From: an uncultured Methanomassiliicoccales archaeon
GTDB taxonomy: Archaea > Thermoplasmatota > Thermoplasmata > Methanomassiliicoccales > UBA472
Assembly: GCA_963732855.1 (NCBI GenBank)
Contig: CAVTBB010000005.1
Coordinates: forward strand, 279,663 to 343,662
DNA: 64,000 bases
Direction: 5' to 3'
Numbering within the stretch: position 1 is the stretch's first letter; each line of letters opens with the position of its first letter. Both the position numbers and the translations under genes were made by a program. This document shows, piece by piece, positions 1-10,345 of this stretch. The notes below the pieces were generated by a model. It saw only the letters and a program-made list of their open reading frames with translations. It ran no database searches and was not told where the DNA came from.

Positions 1-323
1 GAATAGGCCAATCCCTGGGTCAGGGCGCTCCTCGGAACGAGCAGGGTATGGGTTAGTATTCCCGTCCGACCCTTCTCGTCCAGCTTGCTACGCCGGAATA
101 TCTTCGAGAAGTAGACCGCGTCCAACGAAGGCACCGCCGCTATAAGCCTGGCCTCGTTGCTGAAGATGTCGTCCGCCTTGACGTAGTTCGGGTCCAGCGG
201 TATGTAGTAGCCGAGCATCCTCTCATACTCCTCGGGGTTGATGTTCGCCGAGCGGGCCCGTTTGGAGTATCCCTTCTTCGGCACTGGCCCATAGATAAAG
301 TGCTCGACCTTTGTCGTGTTCAT
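1..323 (-). CDS. Partial ORF (3' end beyond window), GAP1-N-like (GTPase-associated protein) N-terminal domain
   Basis: Manual translation from ATG at 323 is open to the window edge: MNTTKVEHFIYGPVPKKGYSKRARSAN...SKLDEKGRTGILTHTLLVPRSALTQGLAY. The ATG overlaps the GTPase stop (TAATG). The D-x-x-GR-x-G-x-x-x-H-x-LL segment resembles GAP1-N domains. Confidence 0.7.
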   Translation of the reverse strand, partial: MNTTKVEHFIYGPVPKKGYSKRARSANINPEEYERMLGYYIPLDPNYVKADDIFSNEARLIAAVPSLDAVYFSKIFRRSKLDEKGRTGILTHTLLVPRSALTQGLAY

Positions 324-1363
324 TATTTCCCCTCGAACTCCTGCTCGTCCTTTACCTCGTCGGGCATCTTCTTAGACAGCTCGCGGAACCTGTCAATGAA
401 GCCACGGTACTCCTCGGACGAGTAGTCCAGCATGTGCATGCCCTTGACCGAGATGAGCTTCGGGATGTTATCGCCATCTTCGTTCTGCTCGGTGCGTATC
501 TCGCTGAAGAAGTAAGAGGCATGGTCGAAAGAGACGTTGGCGATCGCCCCTCCCTTGGAGAGCGCCATCGTATCGCCGTAATACTTGCACAGGATGGCCC
601 GGGCGTAATCCTCCTTGGTCATGTCCTTGTCGCCGATGAGCTTGCCGATGAACCCGCGCTTCTCCCGGTCCATGCTCTTATACGTCGTCGGCCATCCGTT
701 CTGCTTTATTATCTCCTTGTCCAGCAGGTCGAACTTGGTAAGGAAGAACACCGGGTATATCTTGGCAGCGTCCTCGTTGGTCTTGAACACCTGTGATTTG
801 TACTTGGCGACGGCGCTGATCAGGGTGGCCATGAACACGTCGTAGTTCAGCATCTCCTTGAAACGTTCCGAACGGGCCTCGGCGTTGATCTTGCTCAGGT
901 CGATGAGGAAGACCAGCACGTTGCATCGGAGCAGCTCTCGGAAGGAGTCGCTCAACGAGTCGAAATTAAACTCGCCCTTGTAAGTACCAGACGTTATAGA
1001 TTCCCGGTACTGCTCTAAAGAACGCAGGATGTCTAAATCCTCGCCAGCAATGTCGTACACAGTGAAGTCCATGATGTCATACTTAGCCGATGACTTCGAT
1101 CCGACGGAGATATACTTCTTATAACCATACTTGAAGGTGTACTTGGCAAGGTTGCCTTTGAGGGTCGAGTCCGCCCATTGCCCGGTCTTCAGGTCGGTCC
1201 TGATATCACCCAGTATCTTCTCGAAGGAGGGATCGGTTATGAAACGGAACTCCCCTGGGCCGACGTTCTCCACGTCGTTCGTATATTGCACCTGTGATTC
1301 GTATAAGAGGCTGAGAAAGATCGTCTTGCCGCAAGACCTGTCCCCAAAGATAGCTACGGGCAT
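323..1363 (-). CDS. TRAFAC-class GTPase (DO-GTPase-like)
   Basis: G1 GDRSCGKT, G2-like WADST, G3 DIAG, G4 TKFD; 346 aa, stand-alone. Confidence 0.85.
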   Translation of the reverse strand: MPVAIFGDRSCGKTIFLSLLYESQVQYTNDVENVGPGEFRFITDPSFEKILGDIRTDLKTGQWADSTLKGNLAKYTFKYGYKKYISVGSKSSAKYDIMDFTVYDIAGEDLDILRSLEQYRESITSGTYKGEFNFDSLSDSFRELLRCNVLVFLIDLSKINAEARSERFKEMLNYDVFMATLISAVAKYKSQVFKTNEDAAKIYPVFFLTKFDLLDKEIIKQNGWPTTYKSMDREKRGFIGKLIGDKDMTKEDYARAILCKYYGDTMALSKGGAIANVSFDHASYFFSEIRTEQNEDGDNIPKLISVKGMHMLDYSSEEYRGFIDRFRELSKKMPDEVKDEQEFEGK

Positions 1364-1386
1364 GTTGCTAAATGGAGTTGTTTGAG

Positions 1387-1400
1387 TTAAATATCTTTTC
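1387..1400 (-). promoter_or_regulatory. BRE-TATA promoter of the GTPase operon (probably leaderless)
   Basis: Minus strand reads GAAAAG-A-TATTTAA, ending 23 nt before the ATG at 1363. Confidence 0.6.
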
Positions 1401-1508
1401 TTGAAAAAGTAATATCGTGAGCTTGCTGGACATGACCATCACACGGTTAGCCCATTTACCGATGTACCGCATGATCCGCTACCCCCTCGCGGTGCTTATA
1501 CAAAGTGC

Positions 1509-2117
1509 ATGGATGAATCAGAATTCGGAATGTTGAAGTCCTCGAACTACCTTCATGTGTATGATAAAGGCATGGACCTCGGACTTGGATTGAACCTGGA
1601 AACAGCTGCTAAGCTAGGAATACCCACGGGCAGCGCCGTGATAGGTTACCTCCAGAGGAGAAAGATCAAAGCGCAGATCGAGAAGATCAAGGCCTCCCAA
1701 AAGATCAAGAAGGACCGCAAAAAGATGGAGGAAGAGCTGACCGAGGCGAGGAAGAAAGAGCTAAGGGATATGGTGCTCTCGGTCACCGGAGGTGTCGGGA
1801 ATGTGAACGCCGACATCATCGATCTAAATGATTCTGCGAACAAGTCCTCCGATGCAACTCTGCTCAACAGGAATATCGAAAACGACCTTGATGAAGAAGA
1901 GATCGAGAGAAGCATCTCGTTGAACGGTTCGATATGTCCGAGATGCACTAGCCCCATCCAGAAGGACTATCGTTCCTGCCCTAACTGCTCGGCCAAGTTG
2001 AAACAGGAATGCCCTGGATGCCATGAGATCCTGCCCATGAAATTCAAATCATGTCCGAAGTGTGGGACCAGGTTTTCAAAACTGTGGGACCCGATGGCCG
2101 AGGTCATGGATGATTGA
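1509..2117 (+). CDS. Double zinc-ribbon (DZR) protein with coiled coil
   Basis: C-terminal CPRC..CPNC..CPGC..CPKC preceded by a Lys/Glu-rich helix. Confidence 0.8.
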   Translation: MDESEFGMLKSSNYLHVYDKGMDLGLGLNLETAAKLGIPTGSAVIGYLQRRKIKAQIEKIKASQKIKKDRKKMEEELTEARKKELRDMVLSVTGGVGNVNADIIDLNDSANKSSDATLLNRNIENDLDEEEIERSISLNGSICPRCTSPIQKDYRSCPNCSAKLKQECPGCHEILPMKFKSCPKCGTRFSKLWDPMAEVMDD

Positions 2118-2145
2118 GAAGAGGCTGGAGAGTAATTCGTAGCAA

Positions 2146-2162
2146 AAGCTCGAAAAGAGCTT
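2146..2162 (+). terminator. Short hairpin downstream of the DZR gene
   Basis: AAGCTC-GAAAA-GAGCTT, about 30 nt after the stop. Confidence 0.35.
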
Positions 2163-2626
2163 CACCCCCTCGACAAATCTCAAAACTATCCCAAATTAAT
2201 CATTTTTGGTATATTGCCAGATTGATAGTTACCGAATATCTGGCGATGTTATCTGAAGACAATAATTTCCTTACGGCTTAAGTCGAGTCCCAGACCTTGG
2301 AACTGAAGCGGGAGGTGGAGGATGTGCATGTGTTCTAGGAGACATCATGCGCTTTCGCCAACACCGATGGTGGAAGTATCCTGTGATCCATATCAGAATC
2401 ACTTTTAACCGGCCCGAGAGCCGCAAATCATCCTTTGCCACCAAGGGTCCATTTGTATCTGATAGATAAGCCAAAATATGGATTTGAAATTCATACAGGC
2501 TTTGTTCCAGGAATTACCAATGAGGTAATCTTGGAATAGCTAGCAATGTTGTATTCCGGATTATGATCGCTGTCAATTGCCTTGCACAGATCTGCCCTCG
2601 ACCAAATAGGAATGAAAATCAAGCTT

Positions 2627-2947
2627 CTACAGTTTGCCCTTCACGTTTTGACTTCCACCCTTCTTCTTAGTCTCCGAAGAACCTTTTATCCAGGCCTTGT
2701 TCTCGTTCGCCCCGGCCCTCTTCCCGCTAACCGCTTCCTCCGAATGCGCCACGGCCTCCGCACTTGATCGCATCACACCTACTCCGGCATACTCTGTTCC
2801 TTTGCCAATTTCGATCGGCCCCTTTTTCTTGTCCATATTAGTAACGCCTTTCTCGCCCTTTGCCGCCCTCTTCGCTTCAGCTTCGGCGTTATCCGCCCTT
2901 GGACCTGTCTTGTCCCTTATATTATTTGCATGTTTCATAATATTCAA
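2627..2947 (-). CDS. Hypothetical low-complexity K/A/E/G-rich protein
   Basis: 106-aa hydrophilic ORF, no recognisable motif; start may be a few codons downstream. Confidence 0.45.
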   Translation of the reverse strand: MNIMKHANNIRDKTGPRADNAEAEAKRAAKGEKGVTNMDKKKGPIEIGKGTEYAGVGVMRSSAEAVAHSEEAVSGKRAGANENKAWIKGSSETKKKGGSQNVKGKL

Positions 2948-3193
2948 CCTATATTAACAACCATACCAGCTCAAATAAAAAACTTATCGTATGAAAGCTG
3001 GTATTTAACCAGCAAACCGGATGCTACCGAATCAATCCAATACAGAGGGATATCTGACCATTATGACCTGGACTAGCAATGAACCGCTCCAGTAGCCCTT
3101 TACCATTCAGAGTTGGATCATATGGTCAGACTAATCTCATATACTCGAACGTCTCAAGTAGTCCAATATGCAATCGACAAGGAAGTCACTGAA

Positions 3194-3520
3194 ATGGGAC
3201 TAATAGACGAACTACTGAATTTCATTACCAACGGTAACATATCGGGATTACCGACCCTAGGAGTTATGGCCATTCCCTTGGTGCTTGGATTGGTCGTGGG
3301 CTTTCTAGCCGTCAAATTTCTCAAGATAGCATTGATCATCATTGTCATTCTTGCGGTGGCCATATATTTGGGGTTCTACTCTTTGGACCTCTCCACGCTG
3401 CACCAACTAGTGCAGCAGTACGGATCATCGGCGTTTCATTTGGGTGTCCTGTTGATCGGTGTGCTTCCGCTGAGCGTCGGTTTCATAATCGGGGCGATAG
3501 TGGGGTTCATCCTCGGTTGA
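3194..3520 (+). CDS. Small membrane protein, FUN14-like
   Basis: Probable start ATG 3194 (ORF track starts 3113). GFLAVKFLKIALIII and C-terminal LPLSVGFIIGAIVGFILG fit the FUN14 pattern. Confidence 0.6.
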   Translation: MGLIDELLNFITNGNISGLPTLGVMAIPLVLGLVVGFLAVKFLKIALIIIVILAVAIYLGFYSLDLSTLHQLVQQYGSSAFHLGVLLIGVLPLSVGFIIGAIVGFILG

Positions 3521-3690
3521 TACCGATATGGAATGGTGAATGGAATATTTGCGAATTTCACCTCCTAAGATCGAATAGAGCAAGCTCCAGCGATAAGCAT
3601 TGAAGCAACTACTTTGAGCCGGATATTGTGGTCCTTGGATTGCCTCCTGGAAAATGTAAGGAAATCTAGGTTTCGATGATCGTCATCGAA

Positions 3691-4470
3691 TCATTGCAGG
3701 CGGCTCCCGCAATTTGGACAGAACTGATGCTCTGATGATGATTGCATTCCGCATCTGGGGCAAACTTTGACCCCGGAAAATGCATGGTAAGGGGCGGTCT
3801 GTTTGGGCTTCCCCCTTTTCCTCATGACAACTACCAGCACCAACACCACAACGATGATGGCTGCTATCACGCTCATTAGGATGATGATCATGATGATGTT
3901 AGACCCTGGCCCTAAATCGACGACTAGGACGTTTACGGCACCGAACTCGTAAACGATCTGGGATCTGCCATTCTCACTTAGCGGGGATGCTCCTCCTGAT
4001 GGCCTATCGGTGTTGTCGATGACGAGATAATATTCGGTCCCAGTCACCAGCTCCCCGACGGCGCTGGCTATGAAGGTCATATTTATATTAAGACGGCTCA
4101 GTCCCAGATAGGAGAACGAAGTACCCTGCTTGTAGCTCTCGAAGTTGACCTTGTCCATGATCAGCAAATCCACGTTCGGGCCATAGAGCACGGTCACATT
4201 GCAACTTAGGCCAGCATCTTCGAGTGCTTTCACACCTTTGACCAGTAGGTATGTGTCGGGCTCGATGTTCCTGATTCCGCCGTTATAAACAATGCTGAAT
4301 GTGGCGGCATCGGCCACAATAGGAACGGCCGTAAAGATCAGGAATACGGCTATCACCACCGATGGAACAAACCTCAAGGACACGCGCGTGATATCACCTA
4401 AATATTCATTCGGTTCGACCTTATTTATTTCTTGGGTTCTCTTCAACTTCGTGTGGGTAAATGATTTCAT
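3691..4470 (-). CDS. Membrane-anchored protein with cytoplasmic zinc ribbon
   Basis: Signal-like hydrophobic stretch (likely start GTG 4383), ectodomain, TM helix, RKRGK, then CPRCG..CPNCG. Confidence 0.8.
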   Translation of the reverse strand: MKSFTHTKLKRTQEINKVEPNEYLGDITRVSLRFVPSVVIAVFLIFTAVPIVADAATFSIVYNGGIRNIEPDTYLLVKGVKALEDAGLSCNVTVLYGPNVDLLIMDKVNFESYKQGTSFSYLGLSRLNINMTFIASAVGELVTGTEYYLVIDNTDRPSGGASPLSENGRSQIVYEFGAVNVLVVDLGPGSNIIMIIILMSVIAAIIVVVLVLVVVMRKRGKPKQTAPYHAFSGVKVCPRCGMQSSSEHQFCPNCGSRLQ

Positions 4471-4703
4471 TTAGGATAGTTTGGGAAGGCTCCCGCCCTT
4501 CCAAAATGATGCTTGAATGGTGATGACTCGCCGTGGATACCTAAAAACTAAAGCTAACTTATAGTAGATCAAATAAGAGATATTCGAAATCTTTAATGTC
4601 ATTCGATTCTAACAGAAATCGGTTTTTACCCATACAAAACCAAAGAGAGGCATTTCTTGTTACTTTGGGAAATCAGAGGATCTCCGATCGTTGAATGAAA
4701 CCA

Positions 4704-5165
4704 TCAAGATTTTTCTTGCATGGCTCGACTTTTTACCACTAGGACCGGGCATCCTGCGAATCTGACCACTTTCTCGGCCACGCTTCCCAGGAGGAACTTG
4801 GATACGCCAGAACGACCCAACGAACCCATCACGATCAGGTCGAACTTCCATGAATCCTGTATGATCTTGCTTGCCGGAGATCCCCATTCTAGCTTCGTCT
4901 CGACCTTGACGCCCATCTTCTCCCCTTCGGACCGGACGAACTCCACTGCCTTCTTCCCCTCATTCTCGAGGGCTTGGGTCAGATCGGGAATAGCGGTCGG
5001 CAGCATCGACCCCCAAGTCTTGGACATGTAAACGTCATCATCGATCACGAATAGTGCCATGACCTCTGCCCCGGCCATCTTGGCCAAGGCCAAGCTGTGC
5101 ATGGTTGCCGCCTCTGTAAATTCGCTTCCATCGGTTGGAACAAGAATGCGTTGATAGAGTCCCAT
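4704..5165 (-). CDS. Universal stress protein (UspA family)
   Basis: YQRILVPTDGS and DLIVMGSLGRSGVSKFLLGSVAEKVVRFAGCPVLVV. Confidence 0.95.
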   Translation of the reverse strand: MGLYQRILVPTDGSEFTEAATMHSLALAKMAGAEVMALFVIDDDVYMSKTWGSMLPTAIPDLTQALENEGKKAVEFVRSEGEKMGVKVETKLEWGSPASKIIQDSWKFDLIVMGSLGRSGVSKFLLGSVAEKVVRFAGCPVLVVKSRAMQEKS

Positions 5166-5800
5166 TTTATTTCCCAGATGTACATAGGATTTCTGTCTAT
5201 ATGCAATTACTACTCAGACGGATGATAGATGAGGGATGAAAGGCACGATGAAAGCGGTAGTTCATTGGACCGATCTGGCCATCACCATATTTAGGCTATT
5301 TACACCTTGCGATGTCATCAAGTACGCTGTCGCAACGATAGAATCTATAGATCGGTAAACTTCTCGCCCGCATTATTATATAGATATGCTCCTAGGTTGA
5401 TCAATATGTCAGGCCTGAATTGTGGACAGCACCCAAGGACCATTATTGGCCTGACACAAGTTCCGATCAAACCATGGTCATTCTGGATGAGCCTCGAAAT
5501 GGAATGACGCACATCCGAAGCTCACTCCAATCTATTCCTGCAATTGCCTCGGAACGGCCCAGTGAACCATCATGACAATTCTGGTCATTGAATGATTCGA
5601 ACTGAGGAAAAGTCCCAGACCGGTGTTCCTGCCGTATCCGCGGTAGAATTTGATATTACCTTATCCATAGGAGCCAATAGTATTATCCCTGATTGCGAAT
5701 AGCAAATGATTTCCATACAAATTCAATCGAGAAGTTGTGCTCACTTCAATTCCAGTTGGAGAAAAGGGCACACATTCATCGAAGAAAAATGAGGTGTTCT

Positions 5801-6136
5801 TTATCGTTCACGGTCACCGCTGAATCTCTCGGCGCAACGATGACAGCGTCCAATAAGTAGCTTCAGAGATACCGAACGGTCGACGACCACTTCATGGTAA
5901 AGCTCGGTCGAGAAATCGAGCGGGCTCCTGTGCTTCATTCCCCTGAAGACCATCTCTTCCACTAGTTCATCATGTCTTTGTTTGACGCTCTTCGGTTCGA
6001 TGGCGTTGATTTGAATGTATCCTTCGATGCTCCGGTCAAGCCGCAGGTTCGCCGCTATCATATGTATTTCGGCATGCTCGCCTAACAAGTGCTGACGGCA
6101 CAATATCTTCGGATCGACCATCCACATCCGGGTCAT
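5801..6136 (-). CDS. Pyrimidine-dimer DNA glycosylase / T4 endonuclease V-like protein
   Basis: MTRMWMVDPKILCRQHLLGEHAEIHM and RHDELVEEMVFRGMKH; start placed at ATG 6136. Confidence 0.8.
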   Translation of the reverse strand: MTRMWMVDPKILCRQHLLGEHAEIHMIAANLRLDRSIEGYIQINAIEPKSVKQRHDELVEEMVFRGMKHRSPLDFSTELYHEVVVDRSVSLKLLIGRCHRCAERFSGDRER

Positions 6137-6259
6137 GAAAAGTCCTAATGTGAGCATGTTCCGACCTTCATTTTAAGAATTTGGATAACGGGATGGAGTG
6201 TCGGAATTGTCCTCCCGAAAAGGATTGAATGAGCATTCAATTCGTCATTGATCCCTTGT

Positions 6260-8848
6260 TCACAGGACGAAGATCGTCAATCCAAAGTATAACGCTAGTA
6301 CTGCTAGGAAGAGGACGATGCTGAGCCGCTTCCTCCACTTGTATATCTTCCGTCCGTCCATTGGTTCAAAGGGCATCAGTGCGTATGTCGCGGTAAGAAG
6401 GTTCATCGAGGCCCCCAACGTTCCGATCGTCGCCATGTATCCCCCAAATGGGATCAGGGTCAGGAAGGCCGCAAAGACGATCAGGCTCATGCCGGGCCCA
6501 GAACCGTAAACGATGGCCTCCTGCTTGGCCGTCATGTTCTTTGCATCATTGATGGCCAGTCTGGAAGGGGACGAATACACGACTCCGAACAGGATAGCTG
6601 TAATGAACATGACGATGGTTCCCAGGAACCAGAATTTGTATTCCGTAATCACGTTGTGACGCCAGGCCATGTACCGGTGCATCAGGTCGTGCATGATGAT
6701 TGCCAGACCGGCAACGATGGTGTATAAAAACCATGTTTCGGGCGAGCCAAAATCGATCTTGTTGGTTATCATGAAAGCCAGGCCTAGGAAGATCGAGGTG
6801 AAGAATATCACGATCATCTCCAGGACCGAGAATCCGGCGAACAGGGGCATCCGCTGCACTGCGTTTGCGTCCTCGAATTCGACCTTCCGCACCTGTTTCC
6901 AGACAAGCGAACTCGCCCTGCCCCGGAAATATCCGGTAACGAAATCGATGACCTTATCCAGCCTGATCCTCCTCCTCACCCCTCCACGGGCCTGATCATT
7001 ACCTCCGTTAAATGAGCTCGAAGCGGTTGCCGCCGCTTCCGAGGCTCTGCCAGCAACGAACACGCCGATAAATGCGAGTCCGGTTCCAACCGCCACCGCC
7101 GCGACCGAGGGAACCGCCTCTTGCGCGAAGGCCAACGAAGATTTGGATGAAGATGATGGAACTACGACATAACTGCCGATCCTGAGTACATAAACATCGT
7201 CTGTTCCCGAATTGTAAGTATTTGTATTCCCTACGCCAAGGAATCCGCCATCGGCCAGTCTAGCACCTATATAGCCAGAGGCCGACACATCAACCCCGTA
7301 GACGCCGGCATGGGACATGTTCCCGTTCAGGTCGGTTCGGACCAAGAATAGCCTGCTTTGCGTCGAATTGAAGGAGGCTGTCGACCCACCGAAGACGAAC
7401 CCATCGTCCAGAGCGAAGACCATGGAACCATAATCCTCTCCCGCTCCTCCGTAGGTGCGTTCCCAGACGATGGCCCCTCCCGAATCCATCCTGACTGCCA
7501 GCATGTCATTCAACCCAAACCCTATGGAGTTGGTCAGTCCGCATATGGCAAAGCCATTATCAGGCAGTTGGACCGCTCCATAGCAGGTCGTGCTTCCGGA
7601 GGTCCCGATGGTGGTGTTGTACTGCTCAACCCCACCTGGATCGGTCTTGATCAAGAACCCTCTAGTACCAGTGCCAAAGGAATTCGTCCAACCGGTGATG
7701 GCGAAACCACCGTCCTTGGTCTGTATCAACGACTTGCCCCAATCGTCGGATGCCCCGCCGTAGGTCCGGATCCATTGCTGGTTACCGCTCGCGTCGGTCT
7801 TCATAAGGAATGTGTCAGTGGCTCGGCCAGGGACCGCCAGGTAGCCGGTGATAGCGTAGCCACCATCACTGGTCTGGATGGAGCAGAACCCGACCTCGGT
7901 CGTATCGCCATAGGTCTTGTTCCATTCCTCTGTCCCATCGGAGGTCACCTTGACCATCCAAGCTCGGAATCCAGCGGTAATGGTTGTGGTCCCGCCGATC
8001 AAGAACCCACCATCGGATGTGTAGAATAACGAATATGACCATTCTCCCAATGTTGTACCGTAGGTCCTGTTCCAGATCTCGTTCCCGTCCGAGTCCCCTC
8101 GGACCAGAAAGGCATCGAACTGTCCGCTGCCGTATGATTTGGTAACTCCCAATACCGCGAATCCCCCGTCCTGCGTGGCCACGACACCGTAACCGGTATC
8201 ACTGGCGCTTCCTCCGAAGGTCTTCTGCCACTTCATTGTCGGAGCTGCCTCTAGGGAGAAGTAGTCGTATTCCGTCGTGCCCTGCCAAGGTGCGACATTG
8301 TTCACCGAGCGGACCTCGCCGATCGTTCCGTTGTCGATGTAGCTGGAGATATACTGAGAGTTATGGTAAAGGGAGAGGTTGTTCCCTATCTTCACCATGG
8401 TCATCACATGCCATTCATCCAGCAGGATCGGGACTGTTGGAATCTGAATGACCTTGGAAGAGCCAATTGACAGAATGAACGTATTATAATAACCATCAAT
8501 CCACCAATCATATCCCCGCTGTTCTGTGGCTAGGGCTACTCCGATGGACCCGCCCCCTCCTGCGACCCATCTTCCCCTCGATTCTGCCCTCCAATCGGAG
8601 ATGCCATTCGCGATGCCGTTATAGAAGATTGGGTTGTCCTGGCCTATTCCGCTGAGAATGACAGAGCTGGTGTTGAAAGAGGTTTGCGTCGGGACCCCGA
8701 TGGCCCACCCCGCATTTGCCATCTCCTGCACCGATGAATAATCGAAATGCTCTGTCCACTGGTAGCCTGTCTGTTCCGCCCTTACCGAAGGGACTAGGCC
8801 TATCGAACAAATGACCAACACTGCAGCTATCAGCAGCGCTTTCTTCAA
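6260..8848 (-). CDS. Secreted/membrane protein: LamG-like domain, beta-propeller repeats and C-terminal peptidase M50-like domain
   Basis: Signal peptide MKKALLIAAVLVICSIG; repeats W-x-K/R-T-Y/F-G..DGG-F/Y; TM helices with HDLMH and MPFEPMDG. Confidence 0.85.
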   Translation of the reverse strand: MKKALLIAAVLVICSIGLVPSVRAEQTGYQWTEHFDYSSVQEMANAGWAIGVPTQTSFNTSSVILSGIGQDNPIFYNGIANGISDWRAESRGRWVAGGGGSIGVALATEQRGYDWWIDGYYNTFILSIGSSKVIQIPTVPILLDEWHVMTMVKIGNNLSLYHNSQYISSYIDNGTIGEVRSVNNVAPWQGTTEYDYFSLEAAPTMKWQKTFGGSASDTGYGVVATQDGGFAVLGVTKSYGSGQFDAFLVRGDSDGNEIWNRTYGTTLGEWSYSLFYTSDGGFLIGGTTTITAGFRAWMVKVTSDGTEEWNKTYGDTTEVGFCSIQTSDGGYAITGYLAVPGRATDTFLMKTDASGNQQWIRTYGGASDDWGKSLIQTKDGGFAITGWTNSFGTGTRGFLIKTDPGGVEQYNTTIGTSGSTTCYGAVQLPDNGFAICGLTNSIGFGLNDMLAVRMDSGGAIVWERTYGGAGEDYGSMVFALDDGFVFGGSTASFNSTQSRLFLVRTDLNGNMSHAGVYGVDVSASGYIGARLADGGFLGVGNTNTYNSGTDDVYVLRIGSYVVVPSSSSKSSLAFAQEAVPSVAAVAVGTGLAFIGVFVAGRASEAAATASSSFNGGNDQARGGVRRRIRLDKVIDFVTGYFRGRASSLVWKQVRKVEFEDANAVQRMPLFAGFSVLEMIVIFFTSIFLGLAFMITNKIDFGSPETWFLYTIVAGLAIIMHDLMHRYMAWRHNVITEYKFWFLGTIVMFITAILFGVVYSSPSRLAINDAKNMTAKQEAIVYGSGPGMSLIVFAAFLTLIPFGGYMATIGTLGASMNLLTATYALMPFEPMDGRKIYKWRKRLSIVLFLAVLALYFGLTIFVL

Positions 8849-9035
8849 TTGATACCCCCTCTCCCGCGAACCGATATGAAGTGTTTCAATTTGTTCGATA
8901 TATTATGGTTTCGAGAGGTTAATTTCTGAAAAAGATAGCGAGTTCGTTGATTACTAATAAAAATTCAGTCGACGCGTTCCCGAAAGTTATGTATGAGGAA
9001 TAAGATAATCTAATCGAGATTCTCCTGTTCAATGA

Positions 9036-9446
9036 GTGACGCTCGACATAAAAAGGAGAAGACCCTTGCGGGTCACCATCATCGGGTTGCTGTCCATCAT
9101 CGCCGGGTTGATCTATTTGTTTCCCGCCCTAGGGAAATATGGTGTTGGAAATCTTGTCATCCTCACCGGTCAGACGTTCCAGGATGGGCCATTCGTTCTG
9201 ACGGCATCGATCATTGCCATTGCTAACTTAATGATCGGCATCGGCTGCATGTTTGGGTGGCGGCCTGTGTGGTACTACCTGGTCATTATTTCCGTGATTA
9301 ATTTCCTGATCGCTCTTTTTGTGTTCTACACTACAGACCCGACTCAAGTGAAGAATTTTATAATTGGCATGTTCTGGCTTGGTGTTTCCGCCTATGTTCT
9401 GATCATGATCCAATCGAAGAGGACCAAGACTTGGTTCCATATCTGA
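9036..9446 (+). CDS. Hypothetical 4-TM membrane protein
   Basis: RRRPLRVTIIGLLSII start and four hydrophobic segments. Confidence 0.75.
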   Translation: MTLDIKRRRPLRVTIIGLLSIIAGLIYLFPALGKYGVGNLVILTGQTFQDGPFVLTASIIAIANLMIGIGCMFGWRPVWYYLVIISVINFLIALFVFYTTDPTQVKNFIIGMFWLGVSAYVLIMIQSKRTKTWFHI

Positions 9447-9895
9447 TCAGGAATCGATCAATTTTTCTTATCCTCCCCCATGAACTGGCAGTTATCACTC
9501 CCCAGTGGGAAATATGACCTTTAGATTATTCCTCGAAACGTGTTCGCGATAGGACGATATGAATAATTATTGCTGGAATAAAATGCATTCGACAGGTAGC
9601 GAAAAAGACTGACCAGACAAATTCCTACTGCGATATAAACGGAAAAAAATAAAGAGACCTGGACTTGCAACAGTACTAATAGGGTGCTCCGCGTAGATTG
9701 GTATCAGCGGATACATCGTCCTCACGTGAAATAGATTCAGAATGTTCTATCCTATCCGAGAGAACATCTGTCTCTTTTACGAGTTCTGGAGGGATTAAAT
9801 TGTACAGACGATCGATGAATATCCCAGTTTCCTAGGCCCAAGATTGTCAAAACATTCATTGGGATCTCATCTGAAAAGACTTCGAGAATTTACAG

Positions 9896-10306
9896 ATGGA
9901 AAAAATGAACACGTTCAATATGACCTGCGAGGACATCATCCTAATCAATCTTTACCGAAACCGCTCGCATCTGGAAGACCGCCGTCTGCCTTTCGCCGTG
10001 TGCCGTGACGGCATCAGAAAGACCGGAGGTCTGTCTATGTTGAACGTTTCCAGCGGAGTGAAGAACCTCATCAATTCAGGACTGGTTATCTTTGAGAAAC
10101 GCTATGTAGAGACGAAGCGCGGACCTTGCATAGCCTATTCCCTGACCCCGCTGGGGGTATTGAGGGCGAAACTGATTGGCACTTCCAACGCCGAAGTCAA
10201 GAAGTCGGTTGCGCTCAAGGCCGAACAATCAAATGATACTGATCTGTTGGACCGGAGAGAGAAAGCTCTGAAAGTGAAGACCGAAATAGCTCAGAATCGA
10301 GAATAG
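9896..10306 (+). CDS. Winged-helix DNA-binding domain protein
   Basis: LPFAVCRDGIRKTGGLSMLNVSSGVKNLINSGLV..YSLTPLG follows a MarR-like wHTH pattern. Confidence 0.55.
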   Translation: MEKMNTFNMTCEDIILINLYRNRSHLEDRRLPFAVCRDGIRKTGGLSMLNVSSGVKNLINSGLVIFEKRYVETKRGPCIAYSLTPLGVLRAKLIGTSNAEVKKSVALKAEQSNDTDLLDRREKALKVKTEIAQNRE

Positions 10307-10345
10307 GTCTTAATCGGAATAGGTATCTCAACGTTGTGAACCTGA

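Noticed and set aside
2347-2469. 40-aa ORF after AGGAGA (MRFRQHRWWKY...)
   Set aside because: The SD-like sequence is the only support; no motif and it overlaps an equally weak antisense ORF.
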